Below are positions 23,201-38,200 of a stretch of DNA of 64,000 bases, in pieces. Every line of letters begins with the position of its first letter. The first letter of the stretch is position 1. This DNA is from Rhina ancylostomus. Its lineage: Eukaryota. Below the pieces are notes generated by a model, which made no database searches, was not told where the DNA came from, and worked only from the letters and a program-made list of their open reading frames with translations. The stretch lies in assembly GCA_030265395.1 (NCBI GenBank), contig JARFYF010000057.1, forward strand, positions 16,508,878 to 16,572,877, in the 5' to 3' direction. Made by a program: the position numbers and the translations under genes.

Positions 23201-26200
23201 AAACCCCTTGGAAACAGCAGAAGGAGCTCAATGCCTCCAAACCACTGACCCACCCACCCATCAAGCACTTCCTGCGGTGGAATCAGAATCAGGTTCATTT
23301 TCTCACTGACATATGTCGTGAAATTTGTTCTTTTGCGGCAGCATGGCCCACTTTGGTCTCATCAACCACCTCAGAACCCTCAGAACTAGAGTGGAAACAT
23401 TACCCTCCAGTTTCAAGGAATAGTCTGAGAAAGACGAGTGGGACTCCAGCACCAAGTTCACTTCTTTTTCTCACTCACATGAACTGCAGTGTGCCGTGTT
23501 TTCACGTATTTCGTTTAAAGCCTAATCAAGTTTTGTGTCAGTGTAGAGTTTTATTTAACACAATTCAAACTGAGAGCCTAACTTGCAATGAATCTGCACT
23601 ACGCTTATGGCCGACTCCTATTCATAAAAAATCAGAAATAAATTCCTCCATTAGACTGTGGGAAAGATCAATATGAAATTGTATCCATTGCAAAATATTA
23701 TTCCTGCAAAATATTATTTTGCACTGGCGCGAATGTGAGAACATCGAAAATAATGTTGGTTTCCTTTCCTGTGCCTTCTGGTTAAAAATGTAAACAAATC
23801 ATCATTTTACTAATATCTGCAAACCCATCATCATTTCCATTAAGAGCTAAAGAGTGTTTTCTAAAGGCCTCATGCTCCTAGAACTAGCTTATAATTTATT
23901 TGTCAAATTTCATTCCTCAATAGGTGCATGCAAAAACTAAAATGTCATGTGAAATGACATTGAATTCAACTTGCTTTCCTGCGGTATAGTTCGTACTTAA
24001 CTACACCCCATGGACAAAAATTTCTATTTGTAATTGGAGCCTCGGTGCTTGAAGTAGAAAATAGCTTGGACCTTGAAATTCTTGATGATACTCACCCACA
24101 CCCATCTTTTCTTGACAAATAATTTGCTAAGTATCTGGTTAATAATAAATGTGAGGAACGAGAAAGATTTTATCACAAGGGAATAATATACTCTGCACTT
24201 TTCCCAAAGCTAAACAAGCAATGAGAATAAGCCGGCTCCTTGCAGTGTTTACCTGCAGTAAGGTGCAAACCATATCCATGGGAATTCTGGCCACTGAATG
24301 AGCTTATGGAAAATAAAGCTCTTCAGTATCCTTGTTAGATTTCTGAGTTAAAAGGATGTAGCTAGAATGTGCAATATTCTGACACTGGTCAAATGGTAAG
24401 TTAAACAGTTCCAAACAAGGCAGTTCCTCTGTGATGAACAACGATGCAGAGATGTCAAGGCTGGTTCATGTTCCATGGTCACAGTAACACAAGAACTCCA
24501 TAATACAAGAAAATAGGAACAAGAGGAGGCTACCAGGCACCTCAAGCTGCCCCATTATTCATAGGTCATGGCTGATCTATGCTGGCCTTAACTCCTCTTC
24601 TGTGTCCCTTCCCTATGAAACTTAATTCCCCAATTGTTCAAACATTTATCTATCTCCACTTTAACTATATCTAAGGATCTGGCCTCCACCACTCTCAGGG
24701 GCAGAGAATTCCACAGATGCACTACACTCTGAGAGAAAAAAATTCATGCACCTCAGTTTAAATGACCGAATCCTTACTTTGCAGAAACATCCCCTTGTTC
24801 TTGACTCCTCCACAGGGGGGAACTGTTACCCTCTACGTCCATCCCATCATGATGGGAAGTATGTCCATCAGATCCTCTCACATCATCTTGTGTTCCTAGG
24901 AGAACAACCTCATCTTCTCAAGTCTATCCATATTCATCCCCGGAATAATGTTAGTAATCTCCTTTGCACCAATCTCTAAAGCTGGACACCAATCTAAGGT
25001 GTGGCACCCAAAACATTGTGGTTGCACTAGTGCTTTATAAAAGCTCACGATTTAAGCTCTTGTGCTCTATGCCTCTAACACCTAGGATGTTGGATGTTTT
25101 AAGCCTATCAAAATGTCCTTCCACTTGCAACAAAATGTGCACCACTGCCCCCCACCCATATTTCTCAATTCTTATATCTGTATTAGGATTATGCTCTCTT
25201 GTTTCTATTGCCTATTCTCATTCTTACCACCAACAATGAACACTCTTCATTTCTCATCACTAAATTTCACATACCTTCCCTCCATACATTCACCAGCCTG
25301 TCTTTATCAATTTGTTTGTGGCAGCTTGCTCCATGCAAGCACTGAGTACATCTTGTTGGATAGAGTGCTTAGGCATGTCTTGAGGTCGTGAACGACGTTA
25401 CAGCAAACAAATACAGAAGATTGGTTATAATATATAGTGCACAACATAAGAACTGAGTAATGGCATCAGAACAAGGTTGAAGGATGAGCAGATTCAAAGA
25501 TCTGACTGTACAAGGTTAATTTCAACTTGGAAACTTTCAACAGGTGGCCAGTACTAACTTCCTAGGATTGTGTAGAGAGAAAAACCAAATGGCTCTGGCC
25601 ATGGTTGAACTGTACCTTGACAGCAGAGGGGAGAACAGGAAATTAAGCAAACAATAGTAAGGGAATTATTTTTCCCCCCACAACCTTTGGACATGCCAAA
25701 GCACATCCTACCCAAAGTCCTTCCGAGGAATTATCACCATCATAATGCAGGAAATGCAATAGCATAGCCCCTAAAACAGCACTGTGACAATGAGTGAGTA
25801 ATCTGCTTCGTGACATTGATAGATCAACATTAGCCAGGACACGGTGGGGGCGGGGCCAAGAGCATTATGAAATTACATGCATTTGAGGAGGTAGACTGAA
25901 CCTCAGTTTAATAACTCAAAGTCAGGACCCAAGTAATTCTTTTTATTGTTAGCAGACACTAAAGTGTGAGATGTACATCTGCAGTCCTAAAAGATCGGTT
26001 AATGGCATATTATGTATTGTTGTACACTTCATACACCACTTTCTATCATCTCCGACTGTGCAGTGAGCCCTCAGGATTAGAATGGAATGCCAGTCTAGAT
26101 TCTTCTGGAGTGCCTGCACTAGACATTGAACCTACTACTTTGAATAAACATAACTGTCGAGTCATCACATGAAATCCATTCTTTACCTGTCCAACTTCAG

Positions 26201-29200
26201 ATGAAAACAGGACTGTGTTCTGCTTCAGTTGTTTGCGCTGCTGCTGTTCAAGGCGCTCCCTCTCCTTCTCTACTGTTCGTTGGGACTCTCTGAGACGCTC
26301 CAGATCCTGCTGGTATTCCTGCCGATGTCGGTCTAGTTCCTCCTTGTTCTGAGCTGCCTGCTCTGTTAACCTCTGCAATTCCTCCTCACGCTCCTGGAGC
26401 CGAGCCTCCTGGAGTTCCAGCTCCCGTTTCTGGCGATCACGTTCCCGCTCCCACTTCTGCTGCTCCTGCCGTACCTGGTTCTGCAGCTTCTGAACATTTG
26501 CTCGCTCTTCACGCTGTTTCTCAAAGTTCCGCTGTTTCTCTTGCTCCAGGAGCTGGCTCCCACGTGAGGAGCTCAGAGCAGGTCGGTACTGTCTGTCCCG
26601 CTCCCAGCTTGCCCCCATGCTCCGCTGCATCTCAATATAGCTGTCCTGCTGGGCAATCATGACCTGAAGGAAACAAACAATCAGAGCACTTAAACAGATG
26701 TAAACAGCACAGTAGTGGTTGGGAGTTGGGTGGGGTGGGTGGTGGTAACATCTGGCTCATCACATTCAGGCTCAATCTTCCATTTGAACTATCTGCTCAG
26801 TACCTCCAGATGCATCATCCATTACCCCAGTTTAGACACTTCTTTCCCAGGAATGATGCATCATCTGCCCTTTTGCAAAGTTCAAGGCCCCAGATATTTC
26901 CCCAGGTTAAGCAGTGATTTACTTGTATGACTGACAATTTAGCACACCATATTTATTGCTCACAGTTCATTGATCATCTCCACAGCAGACAGGCCAAAGC
27001 AGATTAAGTGTCAATTTTGCAGAATATCTTTGTTCAATTTCAAGCTTGACTGAGATTCCAGTTGTCTGGCACTTGACTTCTGTCTCACCCCTACTCTGTC
27101 ACTTCAGCCTTTGGACACTGTTCCAGTGAAGCTCAAGAAATAAAACATCTTCTGAACAGACACATTATAGTCTTCTGGTTCAACAATTTCAGACAATCAG
27201 CATTTCCATTTCAGATTTTATTTCTGACAATCTAAGATGGTCATTCTGCTTATCATGCTTTCCTCATTTACACCTCCACCAGGTTGCTCTTGTTCCCTGT
27301 TTGTCCATTTCCATCCCCTTCCACTCACAATATCATTCCTTACAGCATTCTCTCTCTCTGACCTTCCACTCTTGTCACAGACCTATGCTTTTATGGCCTC
27401 CTCCTCTCACTGCCTCTTAAAATCAGCATGTTTTTAAAAAATCTTTTCTCAGTTTGGATGAAAGGTCATTGTCTCAAAGTGTTAATTCTCTGCAGATTCT
27501 GCCCAACCTGAGTATTTCAAAAATTACATTTTTTTATTAGGAAGTTGTGGGCATGCTATGTTGGTGCCGGAAGCACAGCGACACTTGCGGGCTGCCCCCA
27601 GAACACTACACAAAAAGGTGCATTTCACTGTGTGTTTTGATGTACATGTGACGAATAAAGATATCTTATCTCATCTCAGATTTCCAGTATCCTCAATGTT
27701 TACTTTTCTGAATATAACATCTCTTCACCCTTTGATACCAAAATATATCAACTTATTCTAATCTATGTCAAAGGTCATCAGCAAATTTATACACCCATTT
27801 ACGAGTTCGGTAACATCCTGTGGACTTTGACATGGTATTAACCACATCAGCCAATTTAGTGTGATATGCAAATTTTGAAGTTGGACCTTCTAGGTCCTCG
27901 CCCAAATTGTTTATTAAACACTGAATGACGCTTCCAGTGCTGACCACTGGAAAACGCTTTTCCACTTTTTTGCCAGTCTGAGTAACCACCTTCACTATAA
28001 GAGATCAACTTACTGTGTTACTTTACCCTGACTTCATGGTATCTTACTGAAAATCTATGTAAATGTATTACATCTGCTGCAGGTGTCCTCACTTAACCTC
28101 TTATTTAAAGAATTAAATTGTGCTAGTCAAAAAGACAAGTTCGAAGTACTAAATTGGTATCTGCAAGTTGACCCTGCAAAGGGGGCCTCTTAGATACAGA
28201 GAGAGAGGCAAAGCCCTGAAATGCTTTAGTTTTCAGTGTATGTTGTGACTAGGAGGAAGGATAATACTTTCATTGCATGAATGTGTTGTGATAAGCTGAA
28301 TTCTCTAACTCAGCTGTGTCTAAATGTCTATTTTGCTGTATTAGAAATATTTAAAGATGCTCACCTTTAGCTTATAAAGCAGATGTGTCAGTCTCTGCAC
28401 ACTCTCAACAAACTAAAAAAAAATTAGATATATATTAGATCTGGAAATAACAGAAACAGCCTAAAAATTAACCTTCTTATTTAGATCTTAATCTGCCAAA
28501 AGTATCACTTTCCTAAAACTGACTTTCCCTTGTTTGTTTTATTAGTGCATGTGTCAATCTCCCACTATTGTTCCTTGTAAGTAAAAGCAGTGTCTGATGT
28601 CAACCCATCCCAAGATAATTTTTTGAGCTTCACTTCCCCCTACTTTTCAGGCTTTTATAACAAGCTTAATGTTGTCTCATCATCACTGCTTTAGTCACCT
28701 CATCCTCTCTCTGTAGGGGAGGGTGGGTGTGTATCCTGCTACTCTAAATACCCACTCTGCTTATTTCACATCTCTACTCACTTGCATAACAGTGGGATGA
28801 ACCACCTACTTGAACCACTGCAATCCATAGCAATCCTACTGCTTTCACCTCCCCCACCCCACCAACTCCACTCATGTATTCTGAGAGTCTACAGGTTCAG
28901 GAGGTGCTGGGAAAGAAGCCTTGTCAAGATGCTGCTGTAGGTAATGGACACTGGTTGCTGTAAATGCTTAAACCTGCAGACTGCTGCTTTGGACACTTAG
29001 TACAATTTTACAAAAATATATCACAATTATTTTATGAAAATAACTCTAATTTGCTTAAAACAGAACTGACCTCTGAATCACACAACAAACTGCTGCTGCT
29101 ACTACTGCTATACCAGCGAGGTATGTCACTCTGAAATACAGCAAACAGAAACAACCAAATTAGATACAAAGCCAGATATTGACCAAATGGGGGTTCTGGT

Positions 29201-32200
29201 ACACAGAACCACCCAGAAAGCTATTCAACCCACTGCAGTAGCACAAAGCTTCAATACATGCTTTCGGTTATTGCAGTCATCAAACCACTGATACTTGAAA
29301 GGTGAATTTTTCCATGCAGATGCTCTTTGTTCCATTCACTGATGTCACATGGGCTTCTCCACATTAGTTCATGTGGACAAAATAGTTGATACAAGTTTAA
29401 TGAAAAGCTGCCCAGTTCTTCTATTTATTATCCTGGCAGACATTGTCATTTTGGTTTGCAATGATTTTTTGCTAAGTGACAAGTAATTATGAGAACTTAC
29501 ATATGCACCTTCTTTTCTGCCCTATTCCCTTGATTTTAAACATAACAGACCTGGTGTTAAAATGAGTGAAGTCAGAACTACAGTCACTTTGATCATAGAA
29601 AGGAATCCTGTTGATTCAGTGAATTGAACAGCTTATTCACTGTTTGCTGATCTAAGCCTGGATAGTGGAAGGGTTGCTACAGTAATTGGCTAGGAAGGAC
29701 AGAAAAGGAACTAAGGCCTGTGATAAAAACAGTAGAGCTTATTATTTGTCAGTACTGTGTGTATGTGAGGGGGTTTGGTTTTGTAAGGTGATTCGCTGAG
29801 GGTGTTTTAAAGAATGAAAGGATGCAGTTGAGCAACAGGCTTTCCAGTGATTGAGGGGCTACAAAGGACAAAGATCAGAAATTTAGGTTGGAGGAGCTAT
29901 TATAGGGGGTTACAGTTAATGTCTGAACAGGAAGCATTAACATTTTAGAGTACATTAGATTAATTAAGAAAACGATCTTAAAAAGACATGAAAGAGGCAA
30001 ATACATGGGATCAGATAAAGCTCATCTGGAAATTTATTTCATCAACTGGCTGAGCTGAATGGTCTGTACATTATAATTTCTATGCAATGCATGATTTGTT
30101 ACCATTGAGGATTATTAGCTGACACTAACCCATCATTGAAATGTCAAAGCTTTACAGAACATGTTAGCAGGAGAGTAAAGGGAAATATCATCAATGCAAG
30201 GGATGAACACCAAACATTATTTCTTTGGAGTTACTGTACCATCTGTCCACTCTCACACTCAGTGTACAGGTCAGGCAGCTGGGGATCAGAACTTGCCCGA
30301 GTTCCAGCTTTTTCCTTCAGCTTCAGCTCACTGCTGGACGACAGCGTGTTTGACTTTCTCTTGACTGAGCCCTCTGAAAATACAAGGAAGGATGAAATGA
30401 AATTTCTAATTCCTACAAAAAACACAGCAACTTTCACAAAACTTACCACCGAAACCAGCCGTAATTACCTTTGCTTGGATTGGCCAAGCTGCTGTCGTAG
30501 CCTCCGAATGTCTCTGCTCGCCGTGGCAGCCCCGAGGACCCCAAGTTGTCATCTAACTGCCAGTTTATGTTGCTGGGCTGAGAGGCAATAAAGCTCTGAA
30601 GCTTTTCAACTGGAAGGATAAAAGCTTGTGTTGTTTATACAGGACTGGAGTTCAATCAGGAAACTCAGGCAGTCTACATTCCTCACAGGTCATATTGTGC
30701 ATTTGAAAAATGTTAAAACTTTTAGCTAAGATTACCTGCCGACTTCTTTCTTGGCTGTATGTTCCCCCTCTAGGAGGTAAGAGTATTAGTGTTCAGAAAG
30801 GTTTGGTGTACAAGGCCATACCATCTACTGGAAAGACATGTTGGCTGGAGGAATAGGGAGATGGGGAAGAGCAGGGCTTAATCACCGATAATCAATGAGA
30901 TCAAGGCTGATCTGAATAGGCCACTAATCTGCACCACAAACTTAAACATGCCAGCTCTAGGTCACTTGAAACTGCTGTGGCCCAAAGCCAGAATCCAGAG
31001 ATGACATTCACTATATCCAGCTCCAAGATGTGAGGAAGATTTACTTCAGAAATACTCTCTCCCTTAATAGTCTGCTGCTAACAAGGGAGAGGATCAAATA
31101 GAATCAATGGACTGGGTTACAAATGGAGCCTAGTTTGGTTGTTATAACTCTACAGATGAGTGTGCCAGCATTTATTATCACTGTTTATTTGTCAAAAATG
31201 GCCTTAAGCTGGAGAACAGTTGTGATCCAGCGTCAGAATCTTTAGAAATGAAATAAGGAAGGAACACTTGGTGAGTGGGGAGTGCAGGACTATTTGATTT
31301 TTGTCCTTTATTAGTCCAGAAGTGCTGGGTTAGAGGGTCACAAGAGCAGACACTTGCGTACAACCATATTACCCAAAGGATAGAGTTTGGATGGTACTGT
31401 CACCATCTTAAAACCACTCTGTTCCTTGTCTCACTACTAGTTCTGGGTGGCTGGCTCTAACTTACCTTCCTTCAACACCTCACTGAATACAATATCTCCC
31501 CGCTGAGACTCCACAGTGTCAGCTCGAAGCAGTGGCCGTGGTCTTCCTGTGTCCAGGTAACCATTGACTTCTGCTATTTCACTATAAATATCCAACTTCT
31601 CAGTCAGGGTCCGCCTGAGCATATCATCCTTTGCACTCAATTGCTCTAGAAGTGGAACAAATAAATACTCAGCAAGGAGGTGTTATATAATGCTACTGGC
31701 CAGAGAATTTATAATCCACAGCAGCACAATCAAAAACATGACATGGGATCACCTGGTGCAGTACCATGTTACACAAGAACATTCCTATATCCCTCGATTA
31801 CTGGGGATTCCTAAACTCTGTTAATCTCAGCCTTAAATAAACTGAACATCCACAGCTCTCTGGGATAGATTAATTACAGGATGCAGGCATCATTAGCAAG
31901 GGTAGCATTTATTGCCCATTCCTACATGTTAATGATAAGGTGGGAGAAACGCTAAACTCCAAACTGCCTCAGTCTGTGTAAAAGGTGCTGCTGGGTACAG
32001 ACCTGGGCATCACTAGGTCAAAATCCCAGAACAGTCGTACATTTCTAAATGAAGTTGGCATGTGACTTGGAGGAGAACCTACAGATGGTGTCACTCCTAA
32101 ACGCCTACCATGCTCATCCTAGCTGGCTTCCTAGGTGCCATTGAAGAAACCTTGGTGAATAGCAGAGTCATAAATGATGCAAAATGCAACCATGGTAAAC

Positions 32201-35200
32201 CAGCAATGGGAGTAGAAATTATTTGTTCTGGAAAATTGGTGCCCATCAGATGGGCTACTTCATCCTGGATGACGTTAAACTTCAAGAGCTGGAGTTGCAC
32301 TTGCATGTGGAGACTGATGCACATCTACTTGTGCCTCGTGTACGGTAGAGTGACTTTGGAGTCAGGTGACAAGTCACTCATAGCAGGATATCTAACCTCT
32401 GACTTACTCTTGTAGCTACAGCATTCACGCAACTGCTCTAGTTAATTTTCTGTCAATAATAATCTTCAGGATGTTGGTGCAGCAACTCAGCAATGACAGT
32501 AAATGTCACAGGGAGTAATTCAACTTTCTTCAGTACCACAGACTGTGCCTACCTAGCTGATCTCAGGCAGTGAACAATGAAGATATTACAAGTTCACACA
32601 AATCCTGGGCTGCTGAGGGGAAAGTCTCCCTTTCCAAAGATTTTGCACAGACATACACACCTGGACATGCATAACACACAGGCACCACTTGTCTAGACTC
32701 ACAGGTGAGGTGCTGCAATTTTGCTTATGCCTGGACTTCTTAAGCAAGCACCAGCAACCATCTTGGGTAGTGCAAGCAAAAAAAAAAGTCAACTCAAAAT
32801 TCTGACGNNNNNNNNNNCTGAAGACGTACGGGTGGGTTAATTTGGGGTTTAAAATGGGCAGCGCAGACTCATTGGGCCGGAAGGGCCTGTTACCAAGCTA
32901 TAAATAAAATTTAAAATAATAATCTCCAGGAAGATCCTCTTACGTTGAAGCTCTTTGATTCGGGCAGCTTGACCCTCATCCTGTCGCCATTCTTCCTCTT
33001 GCTCACCAAGAACTGTTGCCTCTTCAATTGGGTACCTGAGCAAAGTAAAAAGGTTTTNNNNNNNNNNNTTGAAGTCAGAAGGACTCACTTGCAGAGGCAA
33101 TAAACAGATGGTGGAAATAAAAGTCTTGAAATTATATAACTTTAGGACATCTCAAAACACTTCATAGCTAATTAAGGTATTTCTGAAAAGTAGTTAGTTA
33201 TGTTACCTAGCAAATATAGCAACTAATTTGCAAACAGCAAGCTAGCACAAACGGCAATGCCTTAGAGAGCAGATGATCTGCTTTAATAATCCTAATGACA
33301 GGATGAATATTGGCCAGGATACCAGTGGAACTTCCATGTTCTTCAAAGTAGTCAGGCATCTTTTGTGTTCATCTGAAATATCCTCTGCTTAAAGACTTTT
33401 CCAAAAGATATTAACTTCCAATTTTAAATATTTTTTAAGGGCTGGAAGTATCCTTGGTCATCCCAGCCACTTTGAACTACTGCAGTCTGTATGGTGAAAG
33501 TTCTAACATAACTGTTAAACAGGGTGTTTGAAAATTTAGATAAATGGCAATGAAGGAATAGTCATACATTTACAAATGTGTGTTTTAGAAAACTTGTATG
33601 CGGTAGTGCTTTTATGCAATTTTTATTGTTGCCGTTTAAGTGATGGTGAATACAGACTTGGGAGGCGCACAATAGGAGTTTGAGATGGTGGAACTGATGG
33701 ATAATGCACATAACCCACCAGTGATGTGGAAAGTAAATGATTGGGGGGGGGGTGGGGGGGATGCGGGAAGAGAGAGGATGATGCACTAATTGATCAGGTC
33801 ACTTTGTTCTTGATGCTGCTGAGTTTCGAGTACTGCTGGAGCTGCACTCTTCTGAATGTAGATAGCCTAACACACTCTTGGCAGCAGCCTTTTAGATGAT
33901 AAGGACTTTAGAGAGTTGAGAAATAAGTCACTCATGCAGAACAGTCAGCCTCTTAACTCAATGCTCCAGCTTCAAGAGCAGGCAAGTTTCTAGTCAATGA
34001 TAATTTACAAGACGTTGAGGGTGAGCAATTTGGCAATGATAACTGTGCAGAATGCCGAGATTAGACACTCCTTTGAAGATTATTATCTGGTATTTGCAAC
34101 TTGAGTTCAGAAAGACCATCAGTATCAGGAAAATGAATGTCATTGCCCAGGCTATGCCATACCACCAAAAATTAGAACCGAGAATGCTCTAAGAGGTTGC
34201 TGACAATTTCAGCTACCTGGCTCCACATTCACCAGCAATCTGTCACTTGGATGTTGAAACCAACAAAAATTGCAGTTGTCACATTAAAGCTGACTAAGAA
34301 TATGTGGTCTAACAACTGGAAAACATCAAACTAAGCATTTACAAAACTGTGTCCTTACTGCACTCCTACATAGGCTTGGAAAACATGCAAGGCAAGAAAA
34401 AAGGCTTTGAAGCTTCCAACTTAAGTGCTGGAGCATGCAGATGGTCAGCTTATATTCAACACTAGGCCATCCATGTTTGTGGTGGATTGGACACCATATT
34501 CCTACAGTTCACGATCACTGGTGATCCATCTCTGGGTCACGATCACTCGTCATCCATCTCTCCAACTGCAAGCAAGATCTGAAGATGGTGGGCATCAACG
34601 TGGACACTGGGAGATGGCCACTGATGGTCTACACCTCTGGGTGAAGAGGCAATGAAAATCAAAGTTCAAATGCTGCCAAGAGGGTCCAGAGAAAACCTCA
34701 GCCCACTGCATTCATGCGTAGCAAATGCAGCAAAGACTGCCACATTTGAGTGGGCTCCTAGGCTACCCAGATGTTCAATATGGAACTGATCACCAATGCA
34801 TAAACTATCATCCAACAGAAAGCTGCTATCTAAGCCCATGCCTGCACTTAACCCTGGTTTAGCTGCATATAGACATGGATTTTGTTAACTGAGGACTTGC
34901 GAATGGAACTGATTACATTGCAATCTATAAACAATCCCTCATGATAATTGATGAAGCATTGATGATTGGGCCTAGAAAACTGCCCTGAGAAACTCAGGCA
35001 ACAACCTACTAAAGTCAAGATAAGCCACCAATTATAACTGTCTTTCTTTGTGCTAAGTATGATAGCACACCCTCAGTACTACACTGGAGGGTCATATCTC
35101 CAGAATATCTGGCTTAGAATAATCAGTGCATATCTGACTTAAGACTCAGATGGTGATATTCTTTAGCCAGGAATCCAAACCAGTTAAATGAAGAGGAGTA

Positions 35201-38200
35201 AGTATTGTCAAATTACTACCGCAGCAGATGTTATTAATCTCATAGATGGCTGCATTGTGTCACTTCATCACAGGTTCCTTTTAGCTGATTTTTGCATTGG
35301 TCAGGTTAGAATTTATTCAGTAACAAAATATCCAATTCATAAAAACATATTGTGATCAAAGCAAGGCCAACGTACTGCTTTGCTTCTCAGTACTAGATTA
35401 CCCACTGGACCTAGTCAAAGGAGCACTTACAGTGTTCTATATGGACACAGAAACAGTGTTGGGATAGCTGTTCAGAGCCCAAGTTAAAAGTGCATTGGTA
35501 AAGCCATGTTAGGGCCCTGTTGATAGGAAAGACCATGTGGGTGGGTATAGCTCTCCAATTTATGGTTAGTACTTCAGTTGAGAGGCATTGTTTGTTGTGC
35601 TACACTACCTGTATATTGCATCCCGAATAACTGCCATCCAAGTGTTGCGCTCGTCCTTGGAATTAGTGTGGATTTCGTACATCTCAGGGCCTTCATCAGA
35701 AGCACTGATGAGGAACATTCCTTTCTCTTCATTGGCTACTTCTCTGACGATCAGCTTGTGCAGTGAGATGCCAGCTGGCTTCTGGTCCTGAGAATTTGAA
35801 GGAGGCAGAGACTGAATTAGGGCAAAAGTATAATGACTCAGAAACAGATACATAGCCACTGTCAACAATACCTTTATAAACAACAGATAAAACTAAACTT
35901 TCCCCTTTCCTGTATTCTTGCTGCTACTAGATTGTAGAGCAAGTCATTCGCTTGTTCTCCAACATTACCAAATCCCTTGAACAATCAGATGTGACAAATC
36001 TCCCTTAGTCATACATTCTCATTTTTACCTCACACCCAGCTGGTTTGCACAGAGTGAGCAGGGTTATAGTTTGGCATTATACAACAGCAGGTTTCTGGAC
36101 AAGTACTAGAGTACAGCCTGAAACATGACCCACACTGCTCTTTCCAAGCGAAAAGGAAACGTAGTACACAGGTGTACTGCTCATATCATACACCTTCAGT
36201 CTGTAAACAAATAAGTAGAGCTCTGTGCAACAGGCTGTCCTTTCCTCCAGCCCTACAAACTTACCACAGTAGCAAACAGATATTTCTGGTCCTTTTCTTG
36301 AAGTAACAGAATCACATCTGACAAAAGGAGAGCCAGAATGTCTAAAGAAGTAGAATAGGAAAATAATTAATAAATAATCTTCCTGGCTGTTTATCCCCAC
36401 CCAACATGCACCACCCACGCCCCCACATCTTGAAGGCAAGCTGGTTCAATTTTCCAAATTTAGGATAGAAATTACACTGTAGAGTTCCATTCCTCTTCAT
36501 TACATTTTTCAATTACTGACATCAAGAAACCAGGCTGTAGTTAATCTCCCTACTTGTTTCATCTCGTCACCATCCTGCAATGGACCTTGTTAACAGGATG
36601 CATTTGAACACCTCCCTACCGCCACAGAACGCAAGCTCCAAACTGGATTTCTACCTTTTAGTCGTCCAGATGCCGCCTTCCAGCAGACTACTCCTTCATG
36701 TAAAAGTCTTCTCTTTGGTCGCAACATGTTCATTTTATGGAAAGTGCTTCCATTCTTGAGCTTGGCCGTTGACTTGATATCCATCCTATTCACAATTGCC
36801 TTCCAGCGGTGAGCTTTCTCGCACAGACTCACTCTCTCATCTACTTCTGTGATGGTGTCCTTTATTAGAGCCAATGCCTTGGTCAGGTCTTCATGATCCT
36901 CTGAACCAGCTTAGGAAAGACAAGGGGAGCACTCATCAGTTTTAGTAGAGGGCTGGAGTCTCCATGTGCACCTGGAAACTCTTAATGTGTTACTTTTCCA
37001 AGTGCTGCTCCACAGCTCTTTACTTTGGGATCAAACATTCTTGAATGAGGCACCCTTTGGAGGAACAGTGCTTGTAGAGTGATGCAATGGGTCAATGTCT
37101 ATGATTTCCCACTTCTGGCTTCAAAGTGTACCACATGGAGCAGAGTCCTCAGGTGGAAAATTGGCCCTTTCCCCATAATAAGTAGAAACATAATAAGTAC
37201 AATCCATCATTCTCTTAAATTAATTTTAATGATATCTTTTCACATACCCAGCAAGGACTGAAATAACCCTCTTGCTACGCTTTTGTATTGGTTGTCACTT
37301 GTATTGAGGTACAGTGAAAAACTTGGCTTGCATACTGATCGTACAGGTCAAGGCTGAAACAAAAGGAAATAGCACCCACTGCCAGTTGAATAAATGTGTC
37401 ACAGCTGGACAGGCGGTGGATACAGTTCCATAAATGCAGGGCTGAAAGCACTCTGGAAACAAATAAGCTAAGACAAGGTGAGAGTAATGGCTTGAGGGAA
37501 GCACAAGTTGAAAATGGAGTATGTGAAATTTGAGTCAGTGAAAAGCACTTATCATTGTGGTGCCTTTAAAAAAAAGGGGAAAGTACAGAGGGAGGGTATA
37601 GATCACTGAGCTGCAAGGCATTAAGCATAAAACTACAGGTTGACACTAAACAGTTATACAAAATCAGCAGTCTTTTCAAAATTCAGTGGAACAATCCACT
37701 TTCATCAGCAAAGCGATTGCTTCCATTCAATGTATCATACCTTCAGTATTTTGAATAATTCTCTCCACTAGCACAGGATACTTAGTAATGCGTTGAGTGA
37801 CTAGTAAAATGCACTCCTGTACTCCAAGGCGCCTCACCACAGAATAATTACTTAATTTCTGTAAAAGACAAAATATGCTACAGAGTGACTGAGATCAGTT
37901 TTTCTAAGGTGGATAGCATGATTGACTAAATGCTCCCCGTTTGTCTCTTCAGAGTACGCACCTTGATCAGGTTCTGAAACTTCTTGTTCTGCTGGTACAT
38001 TACTTTGTAACAATTCACTGCCTCATTGTGCTGACCACAGAAATCCCCATATTGCACCTTCATTTCATCTCCACATTCACCTGAAAACTGAGGCAAAAAT
38101 ATATTTATAGATGCCCCCCAAAAAAATGACTCCACACATTTACATTGTAATCGATTCTGCTACAATTTGTTCTTTTTCTCAAAATCAGGAAATTTCACAA

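Noticed and set aside
30441-30468. Consensus GTG|gtaagt donor 22 nt beyond the chosen donor
   Set aside because: Using it shifts the frame of the next exon; at most a cryptic site.
30136-30591. Plus-strand 151-aa ORF and other ORFs antisense to exons (43502, 44928, 35588, 20049)
   Set aside because: Shadow ORFs opposite real ARHGEF18 exons, with no independent support.
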